A program made the translations under genes and the position numbers. 64,000 nucleotides of DNA from Eledone cirrhosa (lineage: Eukaryota): contig OZ024743.1 of NCBI GenBank assembly GCA_964016885.1, positions 347,882,001-347,946,000 of the forward strand, read 5' to 3'. The number at the start of each line of letters is the position of its first letter. The stretch's first letter is position 1. Positions 52,144 to 64,000 of this stretch are shown piece by piece. The notes below the pieces were generated by a model. The model saw only the letters and a program-made list of their open reading frames with translations. It was not told the origin of the DNA and searched no databases.

Positions 52144-52307
52144 GTGTGTGTGTCTGTAGATAAATCTACCAAAATGTACGGTAGTGTCCAATCCGTATGA
52201 AGAACTCAATGTAATCCGAATATCATGAAAAGTGATGTATTCAACATTTTTTTTTTCGATGAAAAATACAGGAAAACAGAGTCAAGATAAATTAATAAAA
52301 ATAATGA

Positions 52308-52794
52308 ATAAAAACAAAGAAACAGTTCCTTATATTAAAAAATTCATCATTTTACGATCGTTTCTAGGATACATATGTGTGTGTTGGTATGTATATCATA
52401 TAGATCTATGTAAAATTTTTACAAACTATCAGAGGGTATATACATACCTACACATATATATGCTGCTGAAATCTGCTTTCCTCTACCCTTAAATTAAACT
52501 TCTATTACTACTATTCTACCATCTTGACCACTTATAACCTTACTATTGGTCAATTCAAAACCTGTTCCCAAACAGAGCTTTTATATTAAATCTTTGTTGG
52601 TTTTTTTCAATAAACAAATATCATTATTTCTTAAGACAGTATATATATGTGTAGGTATGTATATTCCCTCTGATAGATTGTAAAAATTTTACATAGATCT
52701 ATATGATATACATACCAACACACACATATATATCCTAGAAACGATCGTAAAATGATGATTTTTTAAATATAAGGAACTGTTTCTTTGTTTTTAT
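52308..52794. repeat. Inverted repeat 52308-52460 / 52642-52794
   Basis: ataaaaacaaagaaacagttcc...cctacacatatata mirrored. Confidence 0.8.
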
Positions 52795-52796
52795 CA

Positions 52797-53086
52797 CCTT
52801 GGTTAAGAGAGTGGGACTGGTTTTGTGCAGTGCCTTTGCTCCCTATAAAAGCCTTCACGGCACAGGCATTGCTTTATATCTGGAGATCTCTCTGCACTTG
52901 TCGTCCCATGGTACCATGGGCCCAGCACTATGTGTCAATAATTGTCACAAGTGTCGTGTTTGTACCAGAGTTTTCAAGTCGCTGGCTGGACTAAAAAGTC
53001 ACACTCGTTCAGCGCATCGGTAGGGGTTCTCCTACATGGATATAAAGTAGTGGCCATACTCGAAAACGAGTTGGCAGCCACCATAT
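52797..53086 (+). mobile_element. RTE-like LINE 3' end with C2H2 motif
   Basis: CRVCTRVFKSLAGLKSHTRSAH; second copy at 57440-57725 (-). Confidence 0.65.
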
Positions 53087-53107
53087 ACATATATATATAT
53101 ATATATA

Positions 53108-53506
53108 TAGTGGTAGAACACAGGAAGGTAATATCCGTAGTGGTAGAGCACTACGGAAAGAAATTTTAGCCTGATAATAGAGTTTAAAACCCTCAGATAA
53201 ATGGAAAAAGATGAGTATTGAGGTATATGGGGATCGAACCCACGTCTTTGGTTATCCAGACCACTGTGCTACCATTACACCAACACATCACCCATCTCTT
53301 TCCATTCAAATTAGAAGCTACATTCTTAGCGTGTATCGAATGTAGCTTCTAATTTGAATGGAAGGCGATGGCTGATGCGTTGGTGTAATGGTAGCACAGC
53401 GGTCTGGATAATCAAAGATGTGGATTCGACTCCCATGTACGTCAATACTCATCTTTTTCCATTTATCTGAGGGTTCTAAACCCCATTATCAGGCTAAAAT
53501 TTCTTT
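53108..53506. mobile_element. Palindrome with tRNA-like arms (53157-53325 / 53338-53506) abutting a family C tail (53108-53156)
   Basis: Mirror symmetry with a 12-nt loop; tail matches 36970-37015. Confidence 0.75.
53374..53444 (+). tRNA. tRNA-like cloverleaf (pseudo-tRNA or SINE head; mirror copy at ~53219-53289 on -)
   Basis: A box TGGTGTAATGG, D stem gtgt/gcac, T loop TTCGACT/TTCGATC, imperfect acceptor stem; atypical anticodon loop CTGGATA. Confidence 0.6.
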
Positions 53507-55092
53507 AGTCAAAAATACGGTGAAAGCTATTCTATTTTCTAATTTCAAACCTGCTCACTATTTCAAAATATACTTACTTGTCATATATATACATATATAT
53601 ATATATATTTGTAAATATTTATGCATCTATATATTTATTTTTATATGTCTGGGAGTGTAGACTTATATGTTTAATAAATAATATGTATGCGTATATTTGA
53701 AAATTAAAAACCCATTTAATTGAGTTACAACTGTCGGGTTTTTTTAATTAAAAAGCCTTCACCGTAAAAAAAGAAAATAATATTTTCCACTCTTCCTCCG
53801 TACAGAGATTATCGTAACGTTACATATCGGTTAAAAGAAGGTAATTATCCCTATAACTACACTTATGTGTTTTACTAAAGCCATGCCATAAATGTTATGC
53901 AGTATATAGAGTATAGCAGAAATTGCCAGTCCAGTTAACATGGCGTAACTTTAGCGATGTAATTACTTAAATAATATATATATCTATGCTAGAATACAGT
54001 GTCTATTTGAAGAATTAGGACATAATCTCTTATATCATTTGGAGGAATAGGTGAAAATATTGTTGTCATTATAATTCTCAGCGAAATGTTATATTACAAA
54101 ATCTGTAGTCACATATATGTTTCAATTGCGCAAAACCCTTTGTTAGAGTGGACGACCAATTGTCGTGTCGCATTGCTGTAAATATGCTTTTGAAACTATG
54201 TCACTGTGGAGCGAATTCCTTAACCACATCTGTAAGTATTGAAGTGGATTCCATATGTAATGTTTCAATTTTAAATCAATGTATTTCTTATTATATGTTC
54301 CATATAAGAAGACGCATTAGACCGTGAAGATAATTTTCACCACCATTTAATTAGGTAATTTTACATTGAAATAGTACTGTGGCCGATTTAATTTTTATAA
54401 TTACAGCTAGCCATCATCATCATTATTCGCCTGTAATAGTATACAGCCACAACCCCCCCCCCAATATTTGAAATTGTTTTAATCAGTTCTGTTTTCGTGG
54501 TCGGGTGATTAGCTATGATCATCGGTGGGATTTTTGTATGATGGCAGTATTTATTCTCAAAATGTATATTGCTGGAGCATATAACGGAAGGCATTAACAA
54601 TTGTGCCTATCTACCGGCATAGAGGGATACTTTATTTATCGACCGCAAGCTAAAATTATACTATATGTTATTCGAGCCGATGCTCTTTTGACGCACGAGC
54701 TAATTCACTGTCTGGTCATGGAGCGAGTTTAATTGTATTTTATCCTTTTTATCCAATGCTAGAAAACAATAAATGTTTCCATAACATAGAGGATGACATC
54801 ATTTTCTTTTTGATATTATTTTTCTCGCTGCTATGGAATTTCATTTGATCACGTTCTTATTTATTTTGCTTTGATAGATTTTTTAGGGTATAATTTAGGA
54901 GAGAAACCATTCAAGTATAATGTACCGGGAAGAACGGAGTGTTTTCGGCTTTCAAATATCTGATATCAGATACACACCACTTTCGTGTGAGGATTGGAAT
55001 AGTAAGCATTTAGTTTAATTAGAATTGGAAAATCGAAAGTTAGTGATATGATAAACAAACTCTACTATGCCTACTATCATCCGAACAAAAAA

Positions 55093-55280
55093 ATAATTGT
55101 TTCTACTGTTGGCACAAGGCCAGCAAATTTTCCAGTGCATTACTGGTACTTTATTTTATCGACCCCGGAAGGATGAAAGGCAAAGTTAACCTCGGCGGGA
55201 TTTGAACTCAGATCATACAGGGAGGTAACTCTATGCTTCAAAGCATGGCGTCCGACCCTCTACCGATACTGCCAATCCAC
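55093..55280 (-). mobile_element. tRNA-SINE family 1
   Basis: Match to the other copies. Confidence 0.85.
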
Positions 55281-56087
55281 ATAATACTCTCTAATACTCA
55301 ATGACTCTACTCTTGAACATCAACAGTTTGGCTTTCATTGTCATTTAATATCGCAACTCAATGTAATTAAATCTGTATCAGAAAACGACAACATACCTTC
55401 GTATTATGTTTTCCATTGTCTTATATCTTCTGTTTTTATCCCTAGTATTATGATTGACATAATCAACTTCTTCGTTACCGAAGTGAAGCCTTACAAGTAT
55501 CACCATAAACATAAAGCATTTCTATGAAATTTCTTTGCTTCTGATTTTTTTTATGCCACTTCTTGTTATATCTGTTTGCGTTTCTTATTTTATCTATTTT
55601 ATATTCTCTCATATTGTTTAGTATTTCGGAACCGTCTTATCCTTTACTAACTTATATCCATCTCTTATACTATTACCATGATGATGACAGTGATAATCAT
55701 AATCTTCCTGGGTTTTTCAAACACTCTTTCTCATGTTGCCTACTGCCTCTATAAAACGTTATATAGTTTACAACCATAGCTACGTCAGTAACAATGTTGC
55801 ATACATTATTCAATTATATCACAGCATACGTACGCAAGCACACAATGTTTCCATAACATAGAGGATGACATCACACACATACACTCACACACATATAAAC
55901 ACACGTACGCACACGCACACACGCTGGCAAAGTTACTGCTATAGTACATCACAGTGGAGTTACTAAGCCGGGCTGGTGTAAAACGTAACAAAACGCCTGT
56001 TGAAAAAGGGACATCCACGTTTCATCTTAGGATACATTACTGGCTTGCATATTATGCAAGTTGGAGTGTAGCTTTCGGAGATATTCA

Positions 56088-56268
56088 TATAATTGTTTCT
56101 ACTTTTGGCACAATGCCAAGAATTCACCAGTACATTACTGGTACTTTACTTTATCGACTACGAAAGGATGAAAGGCAAAGTTAACCTCAGCTGGATGTGA
56201 ACTCAGATCGTAAAGGGACGTAACTATGTTGGAAAGCATGTCTGACCCTCTACCGATACTGCCAATTC
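56088..56268 (-). mobile_element. tRNA-SINE family 1
   Basis: Diverged match. Confidence 0.8.
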
Positions 56269-56486
56269 AGGTCCAGGTTCGTCTTTAACCAATTTGTATT
56301 TTCATTGTTGTAGTGGCTTTGTTGGCAGGTTGTCTCCATTCGCAACTTTCACTGTGCCACACCCTAATGTATCGTGATTACTCTGATCTATAATTTATCA
56401 ATTTATCGATATCACCTCATTGAGTGCTTTGTACGTCATTGAATGCTTTGAGAAAATTGATTTCGACAACTTCAATTTTTACCCAC

Positions 56487-56517
<31 letters not shown>

Positions 56518-56528
56518 CTATATCTATA

Positions 56529-56568
<40 letters not shown>

Positions 56569-56569
<1 letters not shown>

Positions 56570-56915
56570 TAGCTGACGTACCCAACTTCGCCAGGTAAAC
56601 AGATTATGAGAGAAGACAGGTAAAATAGAAAATGACTGTATTGGATATTTGTCTGGTTACAGAATGAGGCGAGTCCGTGGTGACTGTGTGATACAAAAAT
56701 ACAGTAAAACAAATCTTCCAGATATACCAGATTCTTCGTTGTACCGTTTGTGCATAGTATATGAACAATTCTAGGTGCTCCCACCTCCAATAGTGACCTC
56801 TAGGAGATGGTTCATCTTCTGCCTGACGGTAAAACGTGTATCATTGCATAGACGTGGTTGTTCCACGTTTCTCAAAAGGATGACGGAAGTTCCAATCTTT
56901 TATATTATATGTAGA
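56569..56915 (-). mobile_element. Non-autonomous Helitron-like element
   Basis: 5' TCtacatataatataaaag; 3' hairpin cctggc-gaa-gttggg followed by CTAG; inserted between A and T. Confidence 0.6.
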
Positions 56916-57439
56916 TATAGATATAGATATAGATAATTAATATAAAAGATGTCCGTCAATGTAAAAAAAGGTCCCTATTTACTCTCTTCACAACTCTGTG
57001 TATGTTAGACTGACAGATAGGCACACAGACAGATAAACTGCGTGGCCATTGTGGGATGCCGCACGTACACGCATGGAAACACGCACACGCACGCAAACTT
57101 ACGCACACACTCACACATGTTGATAGTTTGTAATTTCTGTGGAACGCTGCACGCACGCACATATAAACATACGCCCACGTACATACACACGCACACATGT
57201 TAATAGTTATTGCTTTTCTTCCACTCTTATTTCCACACATACACGTCTCTACACTGACACATATACATAGTATTCACTTTGCCTCTCACTCCGTCATTAG
57301 CATTATGCATATTAATTTACGTTTGGCGTCGTTGAGGTGGGCGGAGTCGTTTGAAACCTATGAACCAATGATAATCGAGAATTATGACACACGGAATAAT
57401 GATATTGTTGAAATTAATATATATATATATATATATATA

Positions 57440-58000
57440 TGGTGGCTGCCAACACGTTTTCGAGTACGGCCACTACTTTATATCCATGTAGGAGAACCCC
57501 TACCGATGCGCTAAGCAAGTGTAACTTTTTAGTCCAGCCAGCGACTTTAAAACTCTGCTACAAACACTACACCTGTGACAATTATTGACACATAGTGCTT
57601 GGCCCACGGCACCATGTGACGACAGGTGCAGAGAGATCTCCAGATACAAAGCAATGCCTGTGCCGTGAAGCTTTTATAGTGAGCAAAGGCACTGCACAAA
57701 GCCAATCCTACTCTCTTAACAAGATGATATTTACCAAAAAGAAGAACAAGTCAACATCATTGGATACCATCAGGGTTTCAGGTGTTATATCAGTGTTTTC
57801 CTTCTCCTAGAATTCTGCCTTGACAAAGGCTAAGGGGTCATCTCTCCCGGTGATTTTGGATGGCCATTGACTCTTAAGAGCTCCTTTGCCCTTTGACAGG
57901 TTTTGTTTTTAGTCCTGCAGGATGTCCAAAGTCACCCTCCTCACCAAGAAACCTTGGTGGGGTTGCCAGTCTAGTCGCCAACGACCCGACCATGAGACAG
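57440..58000 (-). mobile_element. Internally deleted RTE-like element (5' UTR-like part joined to 3' end)
   Basis: 57440-57725 mirrors 52797-53086; upstream part resembles RTE leaders (from recall). Confidence 0.55.
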
Positions 58001-59440
58001 GTTGTATGTAGTTGCTCTTTGAAGTTCTGTCGGTTCTGACGACGAGTGTTTTAGCATTTCGAAAACCGACTTGTTATATTAACGAATAAGTAACTCACTA
58101 TTCCACTGATACGTGTATCTTTACTAATTTACTGGCTTCAGCCATGAGACTACTATTATATATTCATTAATTTTCTTATTTCCTTATTTACCTATACATT
58201 CAAGCAAAAACACTAATTGCATATTTTCATAATGTCATTAAAATCTCCTACACAAATCAACAGTTCAATGTCTGCTATTTCTCGAAGCGTCACATAGAGT
58301 TTGCCGTAAATCTCATATTTCTATAGTTTGTTCTTTCATGTAGGTTCAGAGCACATGAATGTACCTATATATCTATATTTAGACCTGAACCTAGGATATA
58401 AAATCTATCTCATTAATTGATGGCGATTGACAAAGTGCTTCGCAATTTCGTTTACTCATTCCTTTTCATAATAGCATAGCTCTTAATCACTTCCCTGGTG
58501 AATCAGATTTATTTTCTCATCAATTCCACTCAAAATTGACACTCTAATGGCAAAGTTGCCTAAAGTATTTCTTAAAACTTGAGGTAAATTGTTATAATGT
58601 TTCCACTTTGATTTAAATTACGGACATTCCAGATACCAGCCTTACATCTTTGTATTGACTGTTCAATTTTTCGCCTCTTTTATCCGTTTAAGGGATTGTA
58701 GGGACTAAGTGCCGGACTTAGGATTTGAAAATCATTGAGGATTCGTATTCTAGTCTTTGTGCAGGAAATAATTGATAATTAGCGAAATGATATTTTAGCC
58801 CCGAAATATACAGAAACATATTTAGATTTTTCCAGAAATATCGAAATAAAACCAACTATATTGAAATTTGTATCACACAACACTTTCACAATTTAAGAAT
58901 AAAATACAACAAAATCTCAAGTCCAACATTTGATATAAAAAATTCACCCATGAAACTTGAAATCGCAGTTGCTCATATCATGTTGTATACCAGGTATAGG
59001 CATCATCTATAGATCCGTTGGTCGCGTACTATATTGGTCATCATAAGCCGAGTTGCACTACTAAAAGTTAAAGCAATTTTGAAATTTGGCGTGCCATTCA
59101 GAAAGCCAAACGTACCACAATCGGTTCGCGGGCTGAAGTTTGCCCATGACTAGTTTTCGGCAGGAACACTTAAGGGGAAAATAAATAAAATATTTTTAAC
59201 GATATAAGCAGGCTAAACGGTGTAAAAGGTATACACGTAAATTGATGGTGTAAAATTTTCATTTGTCATTCAAAATAATAATTCCTGAAAAGCCTGAGAA
59301 TGTAAATCCTTGGTCAAGGATTGAAATCTCAATTTATCTGACATAAAAATATAACATCTGTAAATCAGTGACAATTCAAACACAACGTCACATTGTGTAC
59401 TGTTACGATTTTCCAACAGGATATACACAAAACATACGCT

Positions 59441-59512
<72 letters not shown>

Positions 59513-60179
59513 CATGTAACAGCCTGATATGCACTTTTACTAATTTAGTTTCACCTCACCTGGAATGACACAGATTACGCTGGTTGCAGTGAGAGACGGA
59601 GTAAAGGAAGTAAGGGGGAGAAAAATACATAATCAGCAATATTTCAGAAAAGGGGAAAGAGGGGGAGAGAGAATGAAAAGTAGGAGTAGGAGTTGAAACA
59701 AATCGTCATAACAAGGGCTGTTGAAGTTTGACAAACTCTATAAAACATTCATGGTGTAATAATGGGAAAAAAATATATGTATAAGAACAGCATGTGAGGT
59801 CTTAGTGAAAGAAGGGTCTCACACCCCTCACTACCAATAGCATTCTATTCTATGTCCTTTTATTTCAACAAAGCGGCTTAAATATTTTATGTTCTGTCCG
59901 TAGAAATCTAATTAACAAAATATTAATCTTACAACGATAAGGTTCCGTGCCATAAGTAAGGTGGAGGAGGAGACATATAAGATTTTAATTATATGTTTGG
60001 CTGGATTTAACAATATATTTAAAAGTCTATTTACACATTCTCGCATTCAAACATACACGCATACGCACAAACTCACACACACATCCATACGCATACGCCC
60101 ATAGACACACACATACATACATATACATACTCTACAAACATACATATATATATATACATATATACATATATATATATAA

Positions 60180-60231
<52 letters not shown>

Positions 60232-60270
60232 TCAAAATATTAACAAAATAGATATTCTTGTGATCAATTA

Positions 60271-60338
60271 TATTTTATTATACATATTTCAGAGGTACTA
60301 TAGTTAAGTTCAACAGTACGTCCTCATCAGATAAAATA
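60271..60338 (-). ncRNA. Minimal hammerhead, family E inverted arm
   Basis: Mirror of 60443-60509. Confidence 0.75.
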
Positions 60339-60442
60339 AAGTGATACATGACATACCCTGACATGGTAGATGTTTAATTTAATCAAGGCACCTTGATTGA
60401 ATCTTAACCATCGACCATGTCAGGGTATGTCATGTATAATTT

Positions 60443-60509
60443 TATTTTATCTGATGAGTACGTACTGTTGAACTTAACTCAGTACCTCTGAAATATATAT
60501 AATAAAATA
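60443..60509 (+). ncRNA. Minimal hammerhead, family E
   Basis: tattttat-CTGATGA-..gtactg/cagtac..-GAAA-tatata-TA|ataaaata (perfect 8-bp stem I). Confidence 0.82.
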
Positions 60510-60664
60510 TAATTGATCACAATAATATCTCTTTTGTTTCTATTTTGAATTAATATTAATAACTGAGGAAAACATTTTTCAGTAGAGTGCTTCCAATCTA
60601 TTGTAAAACTCATTCCTTGATGTATTCATTGAACCTTGTTTAACTCTTAAATATATATATATGT

Positions 60665-60799
<135 letters not shown>

Positions 60800-62774
60800 C
60801 ATACATACTCACATATGAGAAGGAACCGAAAATAATCTTTAATTGATTGAAATTACAGCTCTAATCAGGAAAACTGTCATTAGTGTTAATGAAAACTTTT
60901 ATTCATCTAAGTCAATTATAGTAGCTTTCATTGCACTTAGCTACATACTCGTCCCGCAGACGGAGTTGTTGATAATTTACTTATGAGAATATAAATATAT
61001 AAATACGTGTGTGTGTGTATGTATGTTTGTTTGTTTGTGTGTATGTATGTTTGTGTGTTGTATGTATGTGTGTGTATGTATGTTTGTTTGTGGCGAGGAG
61101 GGTTTGAAAAAACCATTACCCTCTGCTTTATGGTAAGGTCTTATGGCTGGGAATATTGTCTTATATTTCGTGCTATGAGTGTGCCCCCGATGAATTTTTA
61201 AAGTTAATTGTAAGAAACGAGATCAAAAGCATCGTATATCGATCAAAACCCTTAATAATATAATTAACTCCCCGAAATGTTTTCTTTAACTATTGTTGAT
61301 TGTTCTAATTAGCGAAGTCTTGCTGCTATATTTAGTACTACCGCCAACCCCTGTCTGCCTGCCACTGTTGCCGTCATGTTGACTTTTTAGTAGCTAATTG
61401 TAACACAATGTATACCAGCATCGACGAGAACATTTAGTAGTAATGTCGATACTCGGAATCCCCCTAATGGCCGGGATCCTTAGTCCGGGATTGGCTGATT
61501 TTTGATTCATAGTTATTCGATGAGTAGTGTTTTCTCTTCTGAGTCGGAAACGTGAATGTTTTTTTTTTTAATTCTGGCAGGTTTAGGTGCTAAACAAAGA
61601 TGATACTGGCCGTTTCAAATGACGGAAATTGTGAGTTTGCATACGTTTTCATATGTTAAGTTGTTGAAACAATAATTCCCCTCTTTCTCACAAGGGCGCT
61701 TGGCTGGGAAGGTCTGGATCTTTCAATTACCATCAAAGTAATCTTAAGTTGGAATAATTTCTCCTTTAATTGTCTGATTTTTAGTCTGAAGATTAGGTGG
61801 CAATTTTGATCCTACTTCGAATCTAGAGATAATGTCATTCTTGCTTCTTGAAAGCTTAGATGCACATTGGGAGATAACAATACAAACAGATAGAGACAAG
61901 TTAAGATTTTAAGCAAACTCTACAAATATCGAGTTATCTGTATTCTCTCTCGCTTTAATAGGAAACAAGGCAATGTGAAATCAGAAAATCATAATATACA
62001 CTTGATATATGCAGAAGGCATTTACAATTGCTACATTGGAAAACATTGAAATTCGAAATTAGAACTAGATAATGATTTAGTATTAAACAAAAGTTTAGCA
62101 TCCAGAATAGTACAAAACAATACCCGGTATATCACAGTACACCGATAAATGTATAAATTAAAACCTGAAATAGTCTGTAGTTGTGTTAAAGTAAAACATA
62201 TATCCAAGATGACTCGCAGTTGGATGGAACTTGCAACGTAATAGCTTCAATGCAAAATGTTTAGTTACTCAATCATTCTTGCATCCATTACATCCAAGCA
62301 TTATACATACATTGTTGCATTTAATGTACATATGCAAACATAATTACTTTGACACATATTCACATTCACACTCACATACACACATACACACTAATACCCT
62401 CACACGCTCATATATAGAAATTCTTTGTTTTGTGCACATACATGTTGTCATGCAATCATTGTCAGACGATGTGGCTGCCATATTGATAGAGACCTACAGG
62501 GCTTTGCATGCATAATGTATAACGATAATCACAGAGAAACTTTTAAAGAAACAAATAAGCCTGTACACATATACCTAAGCATTAACACTACATTACATTA
62601 CATTGACACACATACCGACATATACCTCTATAAATATACCCTGAGAGAAGTACACATGGTCACAGAACTAACATGTCAACATGAATGGCTGGCTATAAAA
62701 GTACATCTAAAAACAGAAACGCATAAATACATACACACATATATATATATATATATATGTATTTATGCGTTTCT

Positions 62775-62861
<87 letters not shown>

Positions 62862-63044
62862 TATATAATATAAATATATATATATATATGCCCACAGAAA
62901 CATACGCTTTTACACATCTCAACTAGACCAACGGTTCACAAAGTGACAAATGCAAGGTCCTCACCGAATATATTAGTTCAATAGTTTAGCCATGTTCTGC
63001 ACAAATTATTAAGACAAGCACAGATAGATAAATTAAAATTAAAA

Positions 63045-63104
63045 TAATTGTTTCTACTTATGGCACAAGGGCAGCAAATACCCAGTGTATTACTGGTACT
63101 TTAT
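63045..63104 (-). mobile_element. tRNA-SINE family 1, 3' stub
   Basis: ataattgtttctacttatggcacaagggcagc. Confidence 0.65.
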
Positions 63105-63660
63105 TAAAATAAAACTAATATAATTGAGATATGCTTATAAAATACATTCTTTATATTAGTAAATATGCCAATTTCTCTGTCCACAAAGTCTCCATCAGAT
63201 ACTGAAGGTATATATGCATATCTGAAATAGTTAAACATATAACGTAAGTGAAACTTTGAATTAGATAACTCCTGACTTATATATGGCTGATCAAATAGCA
63301 AGACAAAACAGCCATCTTCTAATCATCGTGTAATGATACCGGTCACAATCAACCTAGACGCAGAAATGCAGAACTATATAAACAAATATTTATTTTGTGC
63401 TCGGTCAAATCTACCCGTGGTGATTGTTAGAAACGACAGTCAGTAGCAAGCATTTTTATTTTTTATATTCTTAACTTCTCCAAACGAAGGCATACCAGAC
63501 ATGGGTTCAAAACATTGTGTGTATATAACCCCTTCTGGGCCCTGTACTGAACACTCCGTAGTTTTCTATGCCCTTAAGAAGCCCTTTTCGGGTGAAACGC
63601 ACGTAGGTGCTTTTATATAAACATGTTCTGACAGTATATATCATCCCTTATAATCCTTTC

Positions 63661-63714
<54 letters not shown>

Positions 63715-63729
63715 AGGTAGAGAGAGAGA

Positions 63730-64000
<271 letters not shown>

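Larger units (their letters stand above)
60229..60650 (+). mobile_element. Fold-back element family E (palindrome 60229-60551 + tail) in (TA)n
   Basis: Centre aatcaagg-ca-ccttgatt; one hammerhead per arm. Confidence 0.85.

Noticed and set aside
63104-63301. Possible host exon (YAYIPSVSDGDFVDRE...)
   Set aside because: Plausible acceptor but weak donor and no recognisable homology.
63569-63609. Hammerhead-like motif cttaaga-agcccttttcgggt-GAAA-cgcacg-TA
   Set aside because: Core G is mutated; at best a dead relic, single copy here.

Overview
AT-rich, microsatellite-dense eukaryotic intergenic or intronic DNA. The SINE type and repeat landscape suggest a mollusc, probably a cephalopod; this is inference only. 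No host gene can be supported. The window is a stack of retroelements: two near-intact Penelope-like elements (PLEs; RT + C-terminal GIY-YIG), one in a tandem-plus-inverted arrangement (1-6968) and one forming a ~6.2 kb head-to-head palindrome (38135-44344). It also holds two decayed L1/Tx1 LINEs, several RTE relics, a Dong/R4 fragment in (TAA)n, a canonical Penelope fragment, ~12 copies of one tRNA-SINE, a hAT MITE and a Helitron-like piece. The main signal is a recurring architecture shared by at least 7 unrelated sequence families, nearly all at (TA)n/(CA)n tracts: an inverted arm, a sense arm that in most families carries a minimal hammerhead ribozyme, and a fixed 60-100 nt tail that usually starts with an RCTC...GAGY stem-loop within a few nt of where the inverted arm ends. 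Two families show arm-specific variants shared between distant loci. One palindrome is headed by a tRNA-like cloverleaf, and one is a non-coding ~650-700 bp tandem (retrozyme-like) unit. All structures were read by eye; no folding or database search was run.
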